The notes under the pieces were generated by a model that worked only from the letters and a program-made list of their open reading frames with translations, did not search any database and was not told where the DNA came from. Source: the human T2T-CHM13v2.0 reference genome, Homo sapiens. Taken from it: DNA of 64,000 nt. Shown piece by piece: positions 1-13,752 of this stretch. Position 1 is the first letter of the stretch. Every line of letters starts with the position of its first letter. The stretch lies in the NCBI RefSeq assembly GCF_009914755.1, contig NC_060938.1, one strand, 5' to 3'. The translations under genes were made by a program, and so were the position numbers.

Positions 1-2
1 CA

Positions 3-3000
3 GGAGGCAGGGCAAGATGGTAGAATAGAAGTTTCCACCAATCATCTACTCTGCAAGGACATCAATTTAACAACTATCTATACAAAAAAAAGCACCTTCA
101 TAAGAACCAAAAATCAGGTGAGCTCTCACAGTAGCTAGTTTCAGCTTCATATAGCTGAAAGAGACACTGAAGATGTAAAAAAAAAAAATCTTGAATTGCG
201 GACGTCACCCCTCTCCCATCCCCCCTGCAGCTGTGGCCTGGTGTGGAGAGCAATTTGTGTGCAGGGGAGAAGTTGAGCACAGCCATGGTGAAGCATTGAA
301 CTCAGTGCTGCCCTGTTATACAGCAGAAAGCAAAACTGGACCAAACTCAACTGATGCTTCCCAATGGAGGGACATTTAAACCATCCCTAGTCAGAGGAGA
401 ATCACCGATCCCAGCAGTCTAACTTCAGTTCCCGCAAGCCTCACCACCATGGGCTAAAGTGCTCTGAGACCTTAAACAAACTTGAATGGCAGTCTAGGCC
501 ATGAGAATAGCAATTCCTAGGTGAGTCCTGGTGATGAATTGGGCCCACAGCCATTGGATTGGGGTGAGGGGGGGCACACAACCTACTGAGACACTAGCTT
601 GGGTGCCTAACAAGGGGCTGGCATCACCCCTCCCCTAACCCCAGGCTGCACAGCTCACGGTTCCTTTCTTCTACTTTAGGAGAGCAAAGAGTAGGGAGTA
701 CTTTGTCTTGCAAAGCCCACAGCTCAGCCACAGCAGAATAGGGCACCGGTCAGAGTTGTAAGGTCTCCTTTCCAGGCCCTAGCTCCCAGACAACGTTTCT
801 AGACACACTCTGGGCCAGAAGGAAACCTGCTACCTTGAAGGAAAGGACTCAATCATAGAAGGGTTCATCACCGCTAACTGAAGAGCGCTGGGCCCTGAAT
901 AACCAGCAGTCGTACCCAGATAGAATATCATGGGCCTTGGGTGAGCCTCTGAGATTTGCTGGCTTCAGGTGAGACTCAGCTGTGGTGGTTATAGCGTGAG
1001 ACTCCTTCTGCTTAAGAAAAGCAGAGAGAAAAGTAATGGGGACTTTGTCTTGCACCTTAAGTACCAGCTCAGCCATGATAGGGTGGAGCACCAAGCAGGC
1101 TCTTATGGCTCCTGATTCTAGGCCTTGAATCTTGGATGGCATTTCTGAACGTGCCTTGTGCCAGAAGGGAGCCCACTGACCTTAAGGGTGAGTCCTAGGC
1201 CAGGCAGCATTCACAGCAGTCTGACTGAAGAGTCGGTAGGCCTTAAAGGAATATCCACAGTAGTCTGGCAGTACTCCCCACAGGGCTGTGGTGGTGGTGT
1301 CCATGAGGTAAGGCTCTTCTGCCAGAGTGAGGACTGTGTATTGTGGCCTGGGTGCCAGTTCAGCCACAATACAGTAAAAGACCAGGTAAACTGTTAAGGT
1401 TTTTTACTCTAGCACCTGGCTCCCAGATGGCACATATGGACCTGCCTGGGGGGAACTCACCTTCCCTGAGGGGAAAGGACACAAGCCTAGTTGGCTTTGC
1501 TACTTGTTGATTGTGTAGCCCCAGGGCCTTGAGCAAACATACTGGTAGCTAGGGAGTAGTTACAGCAGGCCTTGGGCAAGACCCAGTGCTGTGCTGGCTT
1601 CAGGTCTGACCCAGCGCAGTCCTAGTGGTGGTGGCCACAGGGGTGCTTGTGTCACTCCATTTCCAGCTTCAGGTGGCTCAGAATAGAGAGAGAGACTTTG
1701 GGAGAAAGCAAAGGAAGAAAGCAAGAGTCTCTGCCTGGTAATGCAGAGAACTCTTCTGGATCTTGTCCACACCATCAAGGCAATACCTCTACGAGTCTTA
1801 GGTCACAGCTTAGATGAGAACACTAGTCCTTTTGAATTTCTGGAAAGTCTTCCCAAGGATGAGTACAAACAAGCCCTGGCAGCGAAGACTACCATAAATA
1901 CCTAACTCTTCAATGCCCAGAGACTGAACACATCTACTAGCATCAATACCATCCAGGAAAACATGATCTCACCAAATGAACTAAATTAGGAGCCAGTGAT
2001 CAATCCTGGAGAAACAGAGATACGTGACCTTTCAGGTAGAAATTTCCTAAACAGATACAACTTAGAAGATTGAGCCAGGAAAAAGTCCAAAACTTGATCA
2101 AACCAATAACAAGTAACAAGATCAAGGTTGTAATAAAAAAAATCTCCCAGTAAAGAAAAATCTGGCACCTGATGGCTTCACTGCTGAATTCTACCAAACC
2201 TTTAAAGAAGAACTAACACCAATTCTACTCAAACTATTCTAAAAATAGAGGAGAGAATATTCCCAAATCATTATACAAGGCCAGTACCTAACACCAAATA
2301 TCGAATTTGCTTTGGGTAGTATGGACATTTTAACAACATTGATTTTTCCAGTCTATGAACATGGAATATCTTTCAATGCTTTGGTGTCCTTTTTAATTTC
2401 TTTCATCAGTGTTTTATAATTTTCAAAATAGAGATATTTCGAATACCTAATACCAAAACCAAAGATACATCTTAAAAAGAAAATTGCAGGTCAATATCTC
2501 TGATGAATATTGGTGCAAAATCCTGAATAAAATATAAGCAAATTGAATCCAACAATATGTTAAAAGTATTATTCATCATGACCAAGTGTCATTTATCCCT
2601 GGGATGCAAGAATGGTTCAACATACACAAATCAATGTGACACATTCATATCAACAGAATGAAGGACAAAAATGATCATTTTCAATCGATGCTGAAAAAGC
2701 ATTTCATAAAATTCAACATCCTTCATGATAAAAACTCTCAAAAAACTGAGGATAGAAGAAACATAACTCAACCTAATAAAAGCCATATATAACAGACCCA
2801 CAGTTAGTATCATACTGAATGGGGAAAAGCTGAAAGCCTTTTCTGTAAAATCTGGAACATGACAAGGATGCCCCTTTATTATTCAACATAGTACTGTAAG
2901 TCCTAGCTACAGAATCAGACAAGAGAAAGAAATAAAGGGCATCCAAATTGAAAAAGAAGAAGCCAAATTGTCCTTATTTGTAGGTGATATATTTGGAAAT

Positions 3001-5062
3001 ACCTAAAGACTCCACAAGAAAATTATTTGAACTTACAAACATTCAGTACAGTTGCAGGATACAAAATCAACATACAAAAATCAGTTGCGTTTCTATATGC
3101 CAACAGCGAATAATCTGAAAAAGAAATCAGAAAGTAATCCCATATACAACAGTCACAAATAAAATTAAGTACCTAGGAATTAACTTAACCAAAGAAGTGA
3201 AATATCTCTATTATGAAAATTATAAAACACTGATGAAAGAAATTGAAAAGGGCACCAAAGCATTGAAAGATATTCCATGTTCATGGACTGGAAAAAATCA
3301 ATGTTGTTAAAATGTCCATACTACCCAAAGCAAGCTACAGATTCAATGCAATCCCTATCAAAATACCAATGACATTCTTCACAGAAATAGGAAAAACAAT
3401 CCTGAAATTTATATGGAACTGCAAAAGACCCAGAAGAGCCAAAGCTATCTTGAGCAAAATGAACAAAACAGGAAGAATCACATTACCTGATTTCAAACTA
3501 TACAACAGAGCTGTAGTAACTAAAATGGCATGGTACTGGCATAAAAACAGACACATAGACCAATGGAACAGAACAGAGAATGCAAAAAACAAACCCACTT
3601 ACTTACAGTGAAGTCATTTTTGACAAAGGTGACAAGAACATACACAGTCTCTTCAATAAATGGTGCTGGGAAAACTGAATATCCATATGCAGAAGACTGA
3701 AACTAGACCCCCTGTCTCTCACCATATACAAAAATCAAATCAAAATCAATTAAAGACTTAAATCTGAGATCTCAAGCTATGAGACTACTACAAGAAAACA
3801 TTGAAGAAGCTCTCCAGGACATTGGTCTGGGCAAACATTTATTGAGTAATACCCAACAAGTACAGGCAATCGAAGCAAAAATGGACAAATGAGATCACAT
3901 CAAGTTAAAAAGCTTCTGCACAGCAAAGGAAGCAGTCAACAAAGTGAAGAGACAACCCACAGAATGGGAGAAAATATTTGCAAACTATCCATGTGAAAAA
4001 AGATTAACAAACAGAATATTTAAAGAGCTTAAACAATGTCATAAGAAAAAATCTAACAATCCAATTTTAAAACGGGCAAAAGATGTGAATAGACATTTCT
4101 CAAAAGAAGACATACAAATGGCAAACAGGTGTATTAAAAGGTTCCCCACATCATTGACCATTAGAGAAATGCAAATTGAAACTTCAATGAGATATCATTT
4201 CACCCCAGTTAAAATGGCTTATATCAAAAAGTCAGGCAATAACAATTTCTGACAAGAATGTGAAGAAAAGGAAACACTTGTACGCTATTGGTGGGAATGT
4301 AAATTAGTACAACCACTATGGAGAACAGTTTGGAGGTTCCTCAATAAACTAAAAATTTAGCTACCATATGATCCAGCAATCCCATTATTGGGTATAAACC
4401 CAAAAGAAAGGAAATCAGTATACTGAAGAGATATCTGCATGCCCATGTTTGTTGCAGCACTGTTCACAATAGCCAAGAATTGGAAGCAACCTAAATGCCC
4501 ATCAGCAGATAAATGGATAAAGAAAATGTGGTACTCATACACAATGGAGTACTATTCAGTCATTAAAAAAAGAATGAGATCTTGTCATTTGCCACAACAT
4601 GGATGGAACTGGAGGTCATTATGTTAAGTGAAATAAGTCAGGCACAGAAAGACAAATATTGTATGTTATCACTTATTTGTGGCATCTAAAAATCAAAACA
4701 ATTGAACTCATGGACACAAAGAGTTAGAAGGATGGATACTAGAGACTAAGAAGGGTGGGGGGGTGGTGGTGTGGCGTGAGGATGGTTAATCAGTCAACAA
4801 AAATTAATTGGAAAGAATAAAACCTAGTATTTGATAGCACAACAGGGTGACTGTAGTCAATAATAATTTAATTGTACATTTTAAAATAACTAAAAGAGTA
4901 TAACTGGATTGTTTGTAACACAAAGGATAAATGCTTGAGGGGATGGATATCCCATTTTCTATAATGTGATTATTATGTATCGCATGCCTGTATGAAAACA
5001 TCTCATGTACGCCATAAATATATGCACCTATTATGTACCCAGAGAAATTAAAAACTAAAAAA
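3..5062 (+). mobile_element. L1MA2/L1MA3-type LINE-1 with 5'UTR and 3' end, large internal deletion, non-functional
   Basis: Starts GGGCAAGATGG..GAATAG with a long L1M-type 5'UTR. ORF1 start at 1963 (MISPNELN*EPVINPGETEIRDLS). ORF2 remnants at 3312-3611 ([30 protein letters not shown]), 3944-4252 and 4439-4627. L1MA2-like 3' end (TTTGATAGCACAACAGGGTGACT...ATGTACCC) and A-rich tail. Confidence 0.93.
2307..2440 (-). repeat. Inverted local copy of 3199-3333 inside the L1
   Basis: Reverse complement matches 3199-3333 with 4 substitutions and one 1-nt indel. Flanked by near-direct repeats TACCTAACACCAAA (2285-2298) and TACCTAATACCAAA (2444-2457). Confidence 0.92.
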
Positions 5063-5619
5063 GAGTAACTTCCAAAGTGAGAAAAAGAGGTTTATGCTAA
5101 ATTTTTCAGTTTTTCTCATTCCCCAAGCATCCAAGCAGAAAATGAATCCTGTGGATTTGTTATATAAGAATGGCCCCAGCAGAGTCCAGCAGAAATATGA
5201 TACGAGGAGCTGAAGATGTCTCCAATCCAGTCTCCACTGTCTCACCTCCTACACATATGGGAATCCATTTTTCTTAAGCTTCGCAGGGTGGGGGGCAGAT
5301 TTCATTGAAAGAGGAAGGACATGGGTCCCAGGACTCAGGAGAGATAGTGAAGTCGTATGGAAATAAGGGAAGTATCTATTTGCCACCCAAAGAGCTAGTC
5401 CTGAATCTTGATAGAGAATGGGATGCAAGCAAAAGCCAAATGGCAGGTGCTGTTTTGACGAGGGTGATACTAAGACATTCAATAGCTCTGGTCTCATCAC
5501 TTCACCCCAGGATAACCTGCATTTGCCTATTAACTGGTTTTTCTCTATCTCATGACACCCCTTCAATTGACCCTGCACAAAGCTACCAGAGTAGTCTTTC
5601 CAATGGATTAATTTAATAA

Positions 5620-6090
5620 TTTCATTCTCCTGTTCATGAGACATCAAAAGCTGTCCATATCTTTACTGGCATATCCAATTTACTATCCTACTCTTCCTGT
5701 CAGTCCCAACACTTGGCTACATCAAATCACTGGTAGTTACTTGAATATACCCTACTATTTCATGCCACCATCATTTCACATAGCTATCCCCTTTTCTTGG
5801 GTCACTCTTTTTCTTCCCCACACAACCAATATGCTAACATTTATTTGTTATTTAAAATTATTCAGGCATTGCTCTGCAAGGAAAGCCTTTCCTGGTCCCT
5901 AGAATGATTTATGTACCCATCATCTGTGTCTCCAAAGCACCTGCATTTACCTCCACCACTTATCCACTGTTACTTTGCTCTCACCCCCATGAGAATGTAA
6001 GACTGCAAAGGTCTTTGAGAAAGTATTAGTCATCTTTCTTTAATCCCTGTACTGCCTGCTATATAATAAATACACAATAAATTTTTCTAC
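5620..6090 (+). mobile_element. L2 3' fragment (degraded)
   Basis: L2-like pieces (GGAAAGCCTTTCCTGG, GAATGTAAGACT..., CAATAAAT end). Confidence 0.45.
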
Positions 6091-7280
6091 ATAAGCAATA
6101 TAACATTGTTTTCATAGAAACATATTTTCCTAGTTCCAAACAAATTGATATACAAATATATTTTGTGAACTCAATCTGTTCATAAGTTTTATAGGCTCTA
6201 TTATGGAAAAATGAAAGTCACTTCGTATACCACACATGAATAATCAGTTGTCAAACAGAATACAATCAAATACACCAACTCCAAAACTGAGGCAAATATA
6301 ATTTAACTTTTATTAATTCGGTACCTTTTTCATATCTTGGGATGCCTCATAGGCATAATCATGAATATCAATTTCCATTGTATTGTACATAAAATATGCT
6401 TACATAATGATAAAGATTTTTAGCCTTGATGCCAGAACATTTGGTGTATTATCATTTATTATTTTGCCAGAATTAATGCTAAGTTGCATGCCATACATTT
6501 CACAAAGAATGATCTTAGCTATCTATAGCTGCTACCAAAGCAAACCTTCCAAGAATCTTAAAACAAAAAGTATGGTGATATCACAGACACCAATACAAAC
6601 TCACTGGAACTGCAATGAAATTCACCTTTCTTTTGTCAAATTTTAATTTAGGTAAATATTTTTCCAATGTGAGAAATCTCTGTGCTGTAAAACACATAGA
6701 AATTTCATAAAATGCCCTCCAGAGCTAAACTTTCTAAAAGTGCACAACATATCTATGTGTTGAAGATTACTTGCTCAACTTGCTAATGGCTAATTGTTTA
6801 AAAAAATTAATATGCAGGTCCAAAGGACAAGAATAGTCCTTTCTCTGCCTTGCTAAGCCTCTCCTGTTTTCAGAAATATTGGATATATATTTTTCCAAAT
6901 AGTTGTAAAAGAGTTATTCCTAAACATTGTGCTAGACACACAACATCTAGTAATAAATAATTATAGAAAAATCCTTCATTTCAACGAATTGTGTGTGCCC
7001 TGTGCTCAATTAACTGTCTCTTCATATTATGATTTGAAATGCCTTTCACATTAAGGCATGTGTTATTTTATGTATGAAAATGAGGCTATTGAGATGCCAA
7101 CAGTGTGACTTGCATTTTGCGCTATTTTTCCAAACACTAATAATAGGTTTTCTCTTAGCCACCCATGTTTTGGTCAATGACAAGTATGTGTGAGATGGGT
7201 ACCTGGAATTCTAGCATTGTTTATAGCCACATAATAGAGATTTATTCTGCATAATATAGTGGATTTGAGAGGACAGAATA

Positions 7281-7394
7281 TTTTAAAGGAACAGATCTCA
7301 GGAGAACTCACTCGCTATCCGAGGACAGTACCAAGGGGAACGGTGCTAAACAATTCAAACTGGATCTCAGGAGATCCAGGAGATCCTTTAAAAG
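7281..7394 (-). repeat. Short inverted copy of the nearby MST LTR segment 7759-7831 with a rearranged tail
   Basis: TTTTAAAGGAACAGATCTCAGGAGAACTCACT..GAGGACAGTACCAAGG..GGTGCTAAA is the reverse complement of 7759-7831. Confidence 0.8.
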
Positions 7395-7649
7395 CAGGCT
7401 TCAACCAAGATAGCTAGCCTTAAAGATACACTAACTGTCTCAGTCCATTTGGGCTGTTATAACAAAAATACCATAGACTTGGTGGTTTAAACAACAAACA
7501 TTTATTTCTTACATTTCTGGAGGCTGTGCTGACAGATTGGGCATCTGGTGAGAGCTCTATTCCTGGTTCATAGACAGCAGTCTTCTTGCTGCATCCTCAC
7601 ATAGTGGGAGGATTGAGGGAGCTCTCTGGGGTCTCTTTTGTAAGGACAC

Positions 7650-8084
7650 TAATACGGTTTTGATCTGTGTCCCCACCAAATCTTATGTTGAATTATAATT
7701 CCCAGTGTTGGAGATGGGGCTGGTGGGAGGTGACTGGATCATGAGGGCAGATTTCTCATGAATGATTTAGCACCATCCTCCTTGGTATTGTCCTCAGATA
7801 GTGAGTTCTCCTGAGATCTAGTCCTTTAAAAGTATGTAGTGAAAGTATGCATGGTCCTCCGCCCTCTCTTGCTCCTGCTCCGCGCATGTAAGATGTGGCA
7901 TGTAAGATGCGCGTGTAACATGTGCCCCGTCTCCTTCCACCATGATTGTAAGTTTCCTGAAGCCTCCCCAGAGCAGAAGCCACTTTGGTTGCTGCAGAAC
8001 CATAAGCAATTAAAACCTCTTTTCTTTGTAAATTACCCAGTCTCAGACTTTTTTTTTGTAGCAGTGTAAGAACGTACTAACATA
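7650..8084 (+). mobile_element. MSTA/MSTB solo LTR
   Basis: TAATACGGTTTTGATCTGTGTCCCCACCAAATC...CCATGATTGTAAGTTTCCTGAAGCCTCCCCAG...AATTAAAACCTCTTTTCTTTGTAAATTACCCAGTCTCAG. Near-perfect 5-bp TSD GACAC/GGCAC. Confidence 0.88.
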
Positions 8085-8149
8085 GGCACTGATCCCAGTC
8101 ATGAGGGCTCCACCTTCATGATTTAATCACCTCTAAAGGTCCTACCTCA

Positions 8150-8618
<469 letters not shown>

Positions 8619-10309
8619 TCACAGTGATGTCAATATCATGATCATGGTTGTTCTTACCTAAAAATTAAATTCCAAAGCTCTAGTCATCAGTAAATGCTGA
8701 CAACTTCTAAAAGAGCTAAGCCAAAAGAACCATTAAATTAGCACATACTTCTACAGTGTGAACACTAGTCCTTTGATGAGCATAAAAGCTTGGATGTTAT
8801 TTGTCACCATTTAACATTATGTCCTCCCTTTTCAGGCTTGTTTTTTCCAGATAAGCCTTTTTTTCACACTCCACAATTTTTTTATTAGCACTTCTCCATG
8901 AAATGGGCCTTTTTATTTTTAGCTTTGCCTAGATTAAATTCCCTTTGATATATATTTCAAGCTTCCCCCTTTGACTAGCTCAGCATTATAGACCTCACTG
9001 AATCCTTATTCAAATGGCAGGCACGACACTGCTCCCTTCTCTAATCACAGCGGCCATCCTCTAACAGAAGCTATTCCAAGGCTCCTGAAAAAAAAATCAT
9101 GTTTAATCTGTGAGGAGAAATTTAAGGTGGCAGGATTTCATTTCTGTAATGTATATACGTGTGTATAAGATACAAGAAACACAAAAAAGTGTTGCTTGAA
9201 GCTTTTTTGTTTTGTTACAAAAGCAATACATAGGACCCATGTATTGAATTACAATTATTCTGGCTTAATTTGACTACTGTGGGTCATGGAATGTATTGTC
9301 TAAGGAACACCTACAAAATGAAGTCAAATGAAGGACTCAGATCTCAGACAAACACAAATTGGGAGGTAATGAAATAGCAAAATTGATAAGATTACTCCAG
9401 CCTTCATCTCTCTATCAATAGAGAGACCTTTATTTACTTAACTTGCTATTTTCAAAGGAAGTATTACGAGAGAAAATTAAAGAGCTATAAACCTATAAAA
9501 AAAGGAATTTTCATCCAGATAAAGTGAAACAGAAGCACCTAAGCCCTAGGAGTTTGAATAAGTATTTCTTCAAACTTATACTTTATGCATAGTTGACAAT
9601 AAAAACTCAGTCTAATAAATATATATATACCAAAAAAATGGTTTCTTAATCCTCTTCATGTTAGAACTTATTTCCAAGTCAAAAATTAGTATCTCCATTA
9701 GGGGCTTAGGTTTTAACTCAGCACATCTCTAATGCATCCAAATTTACTCTTCAATTAAACATTACTCTTCAAATTATAAACTTAGCACCCAGCTATCTCA
9801 AGGATTGGCAATAGATGCCCTAGGGAGAATGAGTATGTATAAAATAGTCATTGCTGACTGTTCTTTAGATCCTATGAATACGATAGCAGTCACTGAATTT
9901 ATAGCTTAATGGGTGAATGAGACATGTAAATCAATATACATCAAGGCAAAAGAATAGGAGCTAGATTGGAGGCATAAAGTACTATAAGAGTTAAAGTTGA
10001 AAGAAATTCCAACAGATTAGGGAAGTGTTAAGATTTTCCTGAAAAAAAAAAAAAATAATTGAGATGTGTCTTAAAAGTTCACTATGAATTGTAAAGACAC
10101 ACATAAGGAATCTGTAAGATATAAGAGAGTTGAAGTAAAAAGAAAAGCATGTCAACGGCCTGAGGTACGGAGAGACCAGTAATAGCAATCTGATTTGATT
10201 GAACTGTAGTTCAGGAGAAAAAAGAGAATGGGAAAATAAGTTAGAAAGAGGTAAGCCAAGGTAATTTCATGGGAAGCAAAAGAAGGAATTTGTACTTTCA
10301 TAGAAGTAC

Positions 10310-10470
10310 AGAATTTTATAGTTGAAAGGAACTATAGAGCCATCTAGAACAACCTGCTGATTTTTCAATTGTAAAAACAGAGGCCCAGACAGATAACATG
10401 AATGACACCACTTGCTAGTGGCAAAGCCAAGATATGAATAAAGGTCTCCAAGACTCCCGATTCAACGGTC
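10310..10470 (-). mobile_element. MIR within degraded L2-like sequence (about 9900-10700)
   Basis: AAACAGAGGCCCAGACAG...GCTAGTGGCAAAGCCAAGAT resembles the MIR core. Confidence 0.6.
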
Positions 10471-12018
10471 CTTACACTCCTTTGCTTCTGGGTAGAGAGG
10501 AGACAGGCTTAGAAACATGTTAGGCAAAGATCACCTCAGCAGCATCTGAAGAATAGATTGAAAATGAGAAAGAAAAAAAGCAGAGATTCTATTTAGAAGA
10601 CCTAATAGACTAGTTCAGGTGGGAGATAATAAAAGCCTGAGCCAAAGTGAGAGTAATGAAAATAGAAAGGAGTAGACGGATTTCAGTAGCATTTCTCAAG
10701 CTGATAATTCTGTAGGGTTAATAAGTAATGGGAGGGGGGAAAAATAGTTCTTGTTCATTTAATTTTGCAAGTGCTAGGTTAAACCAAGACAAATATCTTC
10801 ACTATAGGATTTCGAAAAGCTTTACTATGCTAATGTGGACTAAGAACCTCCTACATTGAGACAGAGAAAACAACGTTGCCCAAAGTGTTTTAAAAAGAAT
10901 TTTTAATAGAATACTATTAACATGAGTTTTCAATGAAAACCTAGTTTGTGAAATACCATTAATATATGATAAACATGGAGGATTTTGTGAATGCTTCTAC
11001 CAATGTGGAAAAATTGACTCTTCAGATTCAAAAGCCTAAGTGCAGAAGGAAGCTGGTTTATTTTGACATCTCTATTATTGACTATAAATCAAAGAAATAT
11101 ATCCCATCAGTGTCTATAACAAGAACCCAGTTTGTCTTAGCCAAAATGTCTTGTTGTTATACCATTTCAACCAGTTGGAAGGTAATCTTTCTAAATTGCT
11201 TGGGAAAACATAGTTGTTTCCTAAATGGGTGAATGGTTTTAGGTCCCAGGAAGATTTTAATATTAATATGGAAATCTTTAAGAGAACTAAGAGTGTAGTA
11301 TTAATATTTGTTTGCATATTGGTTTATATACACTTACCATTTAAGAATATTTGGCCTATTTAAATAACAGTTCAGACTTGTAATCCCAATTTAAAATGTT
11401 TAAATAATTGCAGACTGGTGGTTTTAGTTGGCATATTACTCTTAAGGGAAATTAAATTTCACCACATTAATGTGTAGTTTTTTTTTAATTTATAAGCATT
11501 AAGAGCCTGAGAACATTTTTATAGAAATAGATGATTGTAGTGTTTATGAGACAAATTAAAAATATTAAATTTCTAAATACAAGTTGAAATGTTTAAGTGA
11601 GTTCAATTAACTAAATTTGTAAATGTTCCCAAATATTTAATACTAATTAAAGGCCCCTTTAATAATAGCTAAAATGTGTTGATTTATAAACAGAATAAAA
11701 CTTATAAGCTGAACTTGAGACCTAAAGAAAGAATTATTGTTTTGTTTGTTGTTTGTATTTTTATTTGTAACTTCAATAAACTGTATACTAATTTTAAATA
11801 TCACAGTTCATATTGATGAACTTTGAATAGTGTTTTCTGCAGAGAAACCTCCCTAAAGAAAGTAAACCTCACATTAAACACAATTACAAAGAAGTCAGTG
11901 AATTGTTGGCTGATGGGTAGATTACAGACACCTTTGAGACAGTGGGTTGGGCGCAGTGGTCAGAGCAGAGGGTGGAAGATGCTGGTGGTGAAGATACGGA
12001 GACAGAGTCACAGACCAT

Positions 12019-12541
12019 TGTATTAGTTTCCTATTGGCTGCTATACAAATTACTGCAATCTTAGTGGCTTAAAATGACACAAATTTATTCTCTTACAGTT
12101 CTGGAGGTCAGATATCCAAAATGGGTTTATAGGGCTAAAATCAAGGAGACAGAAGTGCTGTATCTCCTAGTCTGTACAGGCTGCTATAACAAAATACCAT
12201 AAACTAGGTGATTGATAACAGAAATTTATTTCTCACAGTTCTGGAGGCTGGGAAGATCAAAGTGATAGCAGATTCAGTGTCTGGTAAAGGCCTGCTTCCT
12301 CATAGATGGCCAACTTCTCACCGTGTTTAGCCACTACCTTTCTTTACCCTCTGCCATGGCAATGTTCCACACAGTGGCCGCCCATCAGCCTGGGTCCCAG
12401 ACAAAGCAATGCAAAGCCCGCAAAGCTGCCCCATGATATACATATAGTGTGAGTGGGAAATAAACCTTTGTAATTTTAAGCCACTGAGATTTGGAAGTTG
12501 TTTGTTGAAGGAGCATGAACCAGCCTCTTGTGATTAATACA
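12019..12541. mobile_element. Three abutting MLT1-class LTR fragments (two minus, about 12019-12326; one plus 3' end, about 12330-12541)
   Basis: Two ATTTATT..CTTACAGTTCTGGAGG-type starts, then AAATAAACCTTTGTAATTTTAAGCCACTGAGATTTGG...TAATACA. Confidence 0.7.
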
Positions 12542-13325
12542 AAGGCACTAAAGAGTTTCTACACTTCCAAAAAACATTTGGCCTAACCTATAGTACTTAA
12601 ACTCTGAAGTGCAAGATGCAGATTACGTATTCAGAAATATTTTCTCGGTGACACAAAAAAAGCACAGAATGTGGTGCCAAGTACAGCTGTAGAATTGTCT
12701 TTGCAGGCAGTGTTTGAGAAAAGTGTCTAATCCAGGTTAGGTTTCAAGCTGCCTAATGATAAGGCAGTAGATTACATAACCACTCAAATTTCCTTCCAGC
12801 CTTATGGTTTTACACGCTTTAGTATAATGCCATTCTGGAAAGAAGTAGGTTACAGAAAAGAAACAATATGGTTCATATTCTAGGTTAGTCAGCAATTTCT
12901 ATAGAATGTCAGTTACTTTAAGATTCACAGTGACTTCAATGCTATTAAAGTAACATTGATGAACTATAACAATGCCTTATATAAATTACTTGGAAAAATG
13001 AAAGACCACAGCAGTGGCCAAAATGTACACAGTCAGAGTAAACTAAACACTTTTTATTTTACTTAAAAACATATATTCTTCCCAAATTCCAGGCACTAAG
13101 CTAGACCCACAGGTAGAAAGATAAATAGGAAATAGTCCCTGTCCTTCAGGGCTTACAGAGGCACAGTAAAAAAAAATTAATCACAGGGCAATGTGTTAAG
13201 TGCTATAGTCGAGGGATAAATAAAGCTTTAAGTGACCACAGAGGATTAAGTAATAATTAACAAAATGCGTCAGAGAAAGCCTCTAGGAAGAAAAAAACTT
13301 CCATGCTATTAATTGTTGCTGAAAT

Positions 13326-13408
13326 TATATATACATACACATACATATATAGTGACAGAGAGTTAGGATATACATATACACATGCATATATATGTATATA
13401 CATATACA
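13326..13408. repeat. Imperfect (TA/CA)n simple repeat
   Basis: Alternating TATATATACATACAC tracts. Confidence 0.75.
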
Positions 13409-13599
13409 GATTTTAGCTACTTTAAATGCATAATTTATGTCCTCATTTACCTAAGACATGAAAATAAATTGAATATTTTGGAACAGAAATAGTAAGCCAT
13501 AGAATACTTAGGATTATCCATTTTTAAAAGCCACCCTAAACATAATGACCTCTATCTTTGATGATTCAAAGAGAATTGCAGGATAATAAAAGGCCTTGA

Positions 13600-13752
13600 G
13601 TTGTTACCTACAGCAAGTGACCTTAGCCTCCAGCCTCAATTTCTGATCTATGAATGGTGATAAAGCCTTCCCTGCAGGAGTATTCTGAGGATTAGAAATA
13701 ACACAAAAAAGCACCTGGCAAATAATTTGTCTTCAATAAATAGTAGTTGTTA
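13600..13752 (+). mobile_element. MIR
   Basis: CAAGTGACCTTAGCCTCCAGCCTCAATTTC...TGAGGATTAGAAATAAC...CAATAAATAGTAGTTGTTAT. Confidence 0.65.

Noticed and set aside
3312-4627. ORFs similar to L1 ORF2p
   Set aside because: They are fragments of a decayed L1 broken by stops and frameshifts, not a gene.
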